NCBI GenBank assembly: GCA_002633005.1
Contig: NMRA01000913.1
Coordinates: 1 to 64,000, forward strand
Direction of reading: 5' to 3'
Source of the DNA: Phoronis australis
Lineage: Eukaryota > Animalia > Phoronida
Length of the DNA: 64,000 nucleotides
Made by a program: the position numbers and the translations under genes. Numbering within the stretch: the stretch's first letter is position 1; every line of letters starts with the position of its first letter. This document shows positions 59,203-64,000 of this stretch, piece by piece. The notes beneath the pieces were generated by a model. It did no database searches. It saw only the letters and a program-made list of their open reading frames with translations, and was not told where the DNA came from.

Positions 59203-62200
59203 TGTCCGTGATATGCAGTCCTGCAACTTGTCTTCACTGAGGGGACTGCCACCTAATGAACAGAGACAAAAAGGAACATCTAACCAAGGATGAAATGAGA
59301 AAGAAAAGAATCAGATTCCTAGCAACGTTTATTAAAGTCTCAAATAATTTGAGATGCATATTTTTTCAACAATGCTAAGTGCTACATTTCACTTTCTGCA
59401 TTGCCCCATACTTAAAAGGATACTACATCCTGTTTTGATGATTTCCACCAATCCCTGTGTCACCTGCTAATGCATCATTGGTGTCAATGTTGAAAGATGA
59501 AAGGAGAAATTAACTAAAAACTTGTACTTCCTATCTCACATTACAATCATTAGTGGGTGGTCTTTTCCCACTTGCCGTGTAATTTACTAAAAGCATAGGT
59601 CACGCTTGCCTGTTTAGCAGACTTTCAAAGTAGTTTTCAAATTTTCCTCCAAATTTTTGAGGGTTGTCAATGGTAACAGAGCATTATTTTGTTTCAGAGG
59701 GTTGGATGGCAAAGTCGTTTTTAATATCATTCTGCTGATAGGCCAAAACTGGGTTTGATATCCTTTTAAGTTTGCATTTCTCACACGAGTTGTTTCAGCC
59801 CTTTGAGTAAAATAACTAATAGTGAGGGTACAGGGTTGACACCAACATATGGATTTACCATGGATAGTGAAGCCCAATTACCATGGATAGTGAAGCCCAA
59901 TTACCATGGATAGTGAAGCCCAATTACCATGGATAGTGAAGCCCAATTACCATGGATAGTGAAGCCCAATTACCATGGATAGTGAAGCCCAATTACCATG
60001 GATAGTGAAGCCCAATTACCATGGATAGTGAAGCCCAATTACCATGGATAGTGAAGCCCAATTACCATGGATAGTGAAGCCCAATTACCATGGATAGTGA
60101 AGCCCAATTACCATGGATAGTGAAGCCCAATTACCATGGATAGTGAAGCCCAATTACCATGGATAGTGAAGCCCAATTACCATGGATAGTGAAGCCCAAT
60201 TACCATGGATAGTGAAGCCCAATTACCATGGATAGTGAAGCCCAATTACCATGGATAGTGAAGCCCAATTACCATGGATAGTGAAGCCCAATTACCATGG
60301 ATAGTGAAGCCCAATTACCATGGATAGTGAAGCCCAATTACCATGGATAGTGAAGCCCAATTACCATGGATAGTGAAGCCCAATTACCATGGATAGTGAA
60401 GCCCAATTACCATGGATAGTGAAGCCCAATTACCATGGATAGTGAAGCCCAATTACCATGGATAGTGAAGCCCAATTACCATGGATAGTGAAGCCCAATT
60501 ACCATGGATAGTGAAGCCCAATTACCATGGATAGTGAAGCCCAATTACCATGGATAGTGAAGCCCAATTACCATGGATAGTGAAGCCCAATTACCATGGA
60601 TAGTGAAGCCCAATTACCATGGATAGTGAAGCCCAATTACCATGGATAGTGAAGCCCAATTACACGATCTTTTATAAATGTCAGTGGCAAGAGCTGCTCT
60701 TCTACCATCTACAGACTGTCTAAAGACATAAGCACCACCCTCTGTGGAGCTGCTCTTCTACCATCTACAGTCTGTCTAAAGACATAAGCACCGCCCTCTG
60801 TGGAGCTACTCTTCTACCATCTACAGTCTGTCTAAAGACATTAGCACCGCCCTCTGTGGAGCTGCTCTTCTACCATCTACAGACTGTCTAAAGACATAAG
60901 CACAGCCCTTTGTGGAATCAAGTCATATTAATGAGAGCAATGAACTGTGCAACAAATGCATTCATGCTGATAAGCAGTAAAACTGTAGTTATCTTCAACT
61001 TTCAGAACAAGCCAACCAGAAGTGAGAGTTTCCATCGCAGTACGGTTAAGCCGTAATAGTATTTTAAGTTTTTGTTTTAAAGTTAGCCTCTAAATTGGTT
61101 TTATTACTTCGATAAAAACTGTGACCTATGAATATTTGTGAGCTTTCATTGTGTTTAGTACGATCGGACAACTTATTTCACAAGTTAGTTACGCAATGAC
61201 GTGTTCAAGTTGCTTTGAAATCATGTAATCATCTGGAAATTAGACTTCAATTTGTCAAACAACTCACTGATATCTCTGATAATCCTCAGACGATCCTCAT
61301 AAAATCCCACAAGAGTTACCCAAAAGTCCATCAGATTGTCATGGAACCATTGTGCGACATCTTTGAACTAAACACATTTGTCAGGCTCTCTGGTTACATG
61401 TAGTTTTAAAGCCTTCCCAGAATGCATTCTTAATGTTACCAGCCTGATGCCCCTACCAACTATTTATCTTTAAAGAAAACTTGGTATAACAAATCAAATA
61501 CTTGAACTTGACTTTTAGGGCCGCCATAGGTGACCACTAATACAAGGAACAAACTGCCAAGACATATTACAATGCGCGATAGTTGCGTTACTGAACAAGA
61601 TGACGATTTTGAGAGCAGAATGTTGATTAACAAAATGTGGCAAGCAATGCCGACTACTCCAGGGAACAGTAACAATGCTGGAACACTACAAAGCTGGAAC
61701 ACTACAAAGCTGGAACACTACAAAGCTGGAACACTAAAAATGATGGAACACTACAATGCTGTGAATGTTTAAGACAGAATGTCCATTTTAGAATACTGTT
61801 TAAGCCACCCAAATGCACCAGTCTTATCATTTCAAAATGGCGGTTGAAGACAACAAACCAGGTGATGGAACACACTCATGTATAAGATTTAATGTGTGTA
61901 TCTGAGTTCTTGTGGTGATGTAACGCGTGGTTTGAAAGTAAGTCAGTAAAAGCAACCAATTTATCAGTTTGTTGCCTTTGAGGTGATAAGAGACGCTGCT
62001 AGCATGCTTCGAGAACTAAATCTGGACACATTACCATTCAAGGTGGGCTTTCAGCATGTTATTACTGAATGGCTGTACACTTGGTAAATAATAGTACACC
62101 CAAGGCATGGTACATTTAGAATACCTGGTTTATGTACATGGCAGAGGTGAGTCTCTGTTGTTACTATGGTGACAACTCCAGTGGCCAACTGTTCCTCTTC

Positions 62201-63752
62201 ATTTGTTGGATCAGCAAGAAGAATGCTGCTGTAATTTCAAGGTAAACATGTTATTAAAGAGCATATAAAGACACCTGAGCAAATGTAACTTTTGGTTTAG
62301 TGCACTTACTGTTGCTGTATATAGACGCAAGGCAAGAAGTGTGGATAAGTGGTAGATGCAAGACATTCACAAGGCACTCCCTCCATGAATGGAGCAAAAA
62401 CTGCCGTCTATCCCATAATGCAACACTAGCCAACCAAAGATTTCAGTGGTCACTATTGTGCTAATGTACAGTAGAAGGTTCATGAACATACTCATGAACA
62501 CGCTCATGAACACGCTCATGGACACGCTCATGAACACGCTCATGAACAATCTCATGAACAATCTCACGAACAATCTCATGAACATACTGGCCTTCCACTC
62601 ATGGGACTTTGCGTGGTCTTGACTTTTTGGAATGTGTTGCACTTTTAGAGCTATCCCCCATCCTAACTAGTAGCTAACAAAGATTAGAGGTGATTCCTTG
62701 TTTTAAGAAGGATTTGACAGTTTGTTATTACTTGAGACAAGGCTCAGTAAGTTGGGTTGTCATGACCTGTTGTGTTGTTTAACACTACAGACCTGCACGC
62801 GAATGAGTGCAGGGCGATTGAAATCAGGCAATACTGGAGGGTCAGAGAACAGCCATCTTTATTCTAGGAACACTCATAACACAGTGACACACAGTGGCCA
62901 CCTAATTAACAGAGGTAACACTTGGTGGCCATCTACAATTATAATACTTGATAGACAAATTTTATGGTGGAGAGAGTTCTAAATCCATAACTGAAAGTTT
63001 CTTTGAGTACAAAACTTAGTTTTATAGCTGCTTTATCAAATCCTCGTCAATGTGATTGTAATAAGATGCACAAGTAACCAACTCGCACGTAGACACTGGT
63101 TATACACAGAAGGCACATACACACTGGTTATACACAGAAGGCACATAGACACTGGTTATACACAGAAGGCACATAGACACTGGTTACACACAGAAGGCAT
63201 ATAGTTTTACACACTGGTTACACACAGAAGGCACATACACACTAGTTATACACAGAAGGCACACAGACACTGGTTACACAGTTACACACAGAAAGCACTT
63301 GTAGGCTATTTTGATCTGGTAAAAGCACCTAAATGACACCAACTCATTGAACCGGATGAAGGACCTACAGTCTTTTGAAGACAGTAGAACCAGATGAAAG
63401 TGCAATGACAAATTATGAATGATAAAGAATCTAGGAATACTAACAGAAATGTTTTGTTCATGAAAATTGTCTTTCAATTTTAAGTGCTATTGGTAACATG
63501 GCTATTACAAATTTTATATGCTAAAAACAGTGGAACATTATAATGTTGAGACCTTCTTAGTGCATGAGAACAGGCCATAGTGGAAGATGATAATGATTGA
63601 TTATAGTTGAATGAAGGAGCATCGTACTCACTCATCAAAAATGGCAAACGATGTGGACACAGGAAGACATGAGAGAGTGAAAGGATGCTGCACTGTACGA
63701 TCCAAACTAATTTCTTCATCTTCCTCTCCAATTGTGACTGTTGGTAATGAGG
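59140..63752 (-). CDS. EXOSC8: Exosome complex component RRP43, 3' part; complement(join(59140-59252,62125-62228,63632-63752)); gene continues beyond the window
   Basis: Spliced translation SLPTVTIGEEDEEISLDRTVQHPFTLSCLPVSTSFAIFDDSILLADPTNEEEQLATGVVTIVTTETHLCHVHKPGGSPLSEDKLQDCISRTFQHSSHVRKLINETVASVER* matches the EXOSC8 RNase PH C-terminal domain (PV.TSFA.FDD..L..DPT.EEE.LATG...HKPGG); GT-AG boundaries and phases consistent. Confidence 0.93.
59855..60663. repeat. 23-bp minisatellite x35, apparently perfect (TTACCATGGATAGTGAAGCCCAA)
   Basis: Direct inspection; no spacers. Confidence 0.97.
60691..60917. repeat. ~56-bp tandem repeat x4
   Basis: GAGCTGCTCTTCTACCATCTACAG..TCTAAAGACATAAGCACC recurs. 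Confidence 0.9.
63090..63290. repeat. ~28-bp minisatellite (ACACTGGTTATACACAGAAGGCACATAG)
   Basis: Direct inspection. Confidence 0.88.
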
Positions 63753-64000
63753 CTGCAAAGGAAAGGGATGGTGACTGCTGGTAATGAGGCTACAAAGCAA
63801 AGGTATGGTGGACATCATGGTATTAAAACTACTTACAAGAAATACATTGCTAAATATTCACTAGACTACTACTATTAAGAAATACATATAGACAGTCATA
63901 ATAATTAAATAACTTTGACTTGAAGCCCCATTCACAGGTGTCTAGAGCAGATTTAAGTTTGGAAAAAATAACCACTGACAGTACTGTGTTGCCTTGCATC

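Noticed and set aside
59855-60917. CRISPR-like array
   Set aside because: Head-to-tail repeats with no unique spacers, no cas genes, and eukaryotic intronic context
63480-63818. 112-aa minus ORF from the ORF track
   Set aside because: Overlaps the real EXOSC8 exon in a different frame

Overview
AT-rich, repeat-dense eukaryotic (invertebrate, mollusc-like repeat landscape) genomic scaffold with three N-gaps (2365-2624, 26243-26419, 47705-48503); it is not prokaryotic. Two spliced genes lie tail-to-tail. (1) A + strand OTUD4/ALG13/otu-like gene: 15 coding exons reconstructed with consistent GT-AG phases from 10101 to stop 52995, 971 codons. It covers the C-terminal half of the OTU domain, the Tudor domain and a long low-complexity tail; the 5' OTU exons were not found in the window. 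(2) The last three coding exons of EXOSC8/Rrp43 on the - strand (63752 to 59140). Introns are packed with mobile elements: about 8 co-oriented Helentron-type non-autonomous (HINE/DINE-1-like) elements, DIRS/Ngaro-like pieces (an intact SGNH-hydrolase ORF; an intron-containing gag copy plus a solo terminal unit), a mini-Kolobok, THAP fragments, MITEs, a Crypton-like hairpin element, a Penelope fragment, tRNA-derived SINE heads and many tandem repeats. The most striking observation is that the HINE internal ~150-bp repeat carries a near-consensus CTCF core motif in each subunit, making the element a candidate mobile array of CTCF sites. Local tandem duplications also repeatedly copy splice sites and the EXOSC8 C-terminus. 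All family assignments are from motif recognition by eye; no searches were run.
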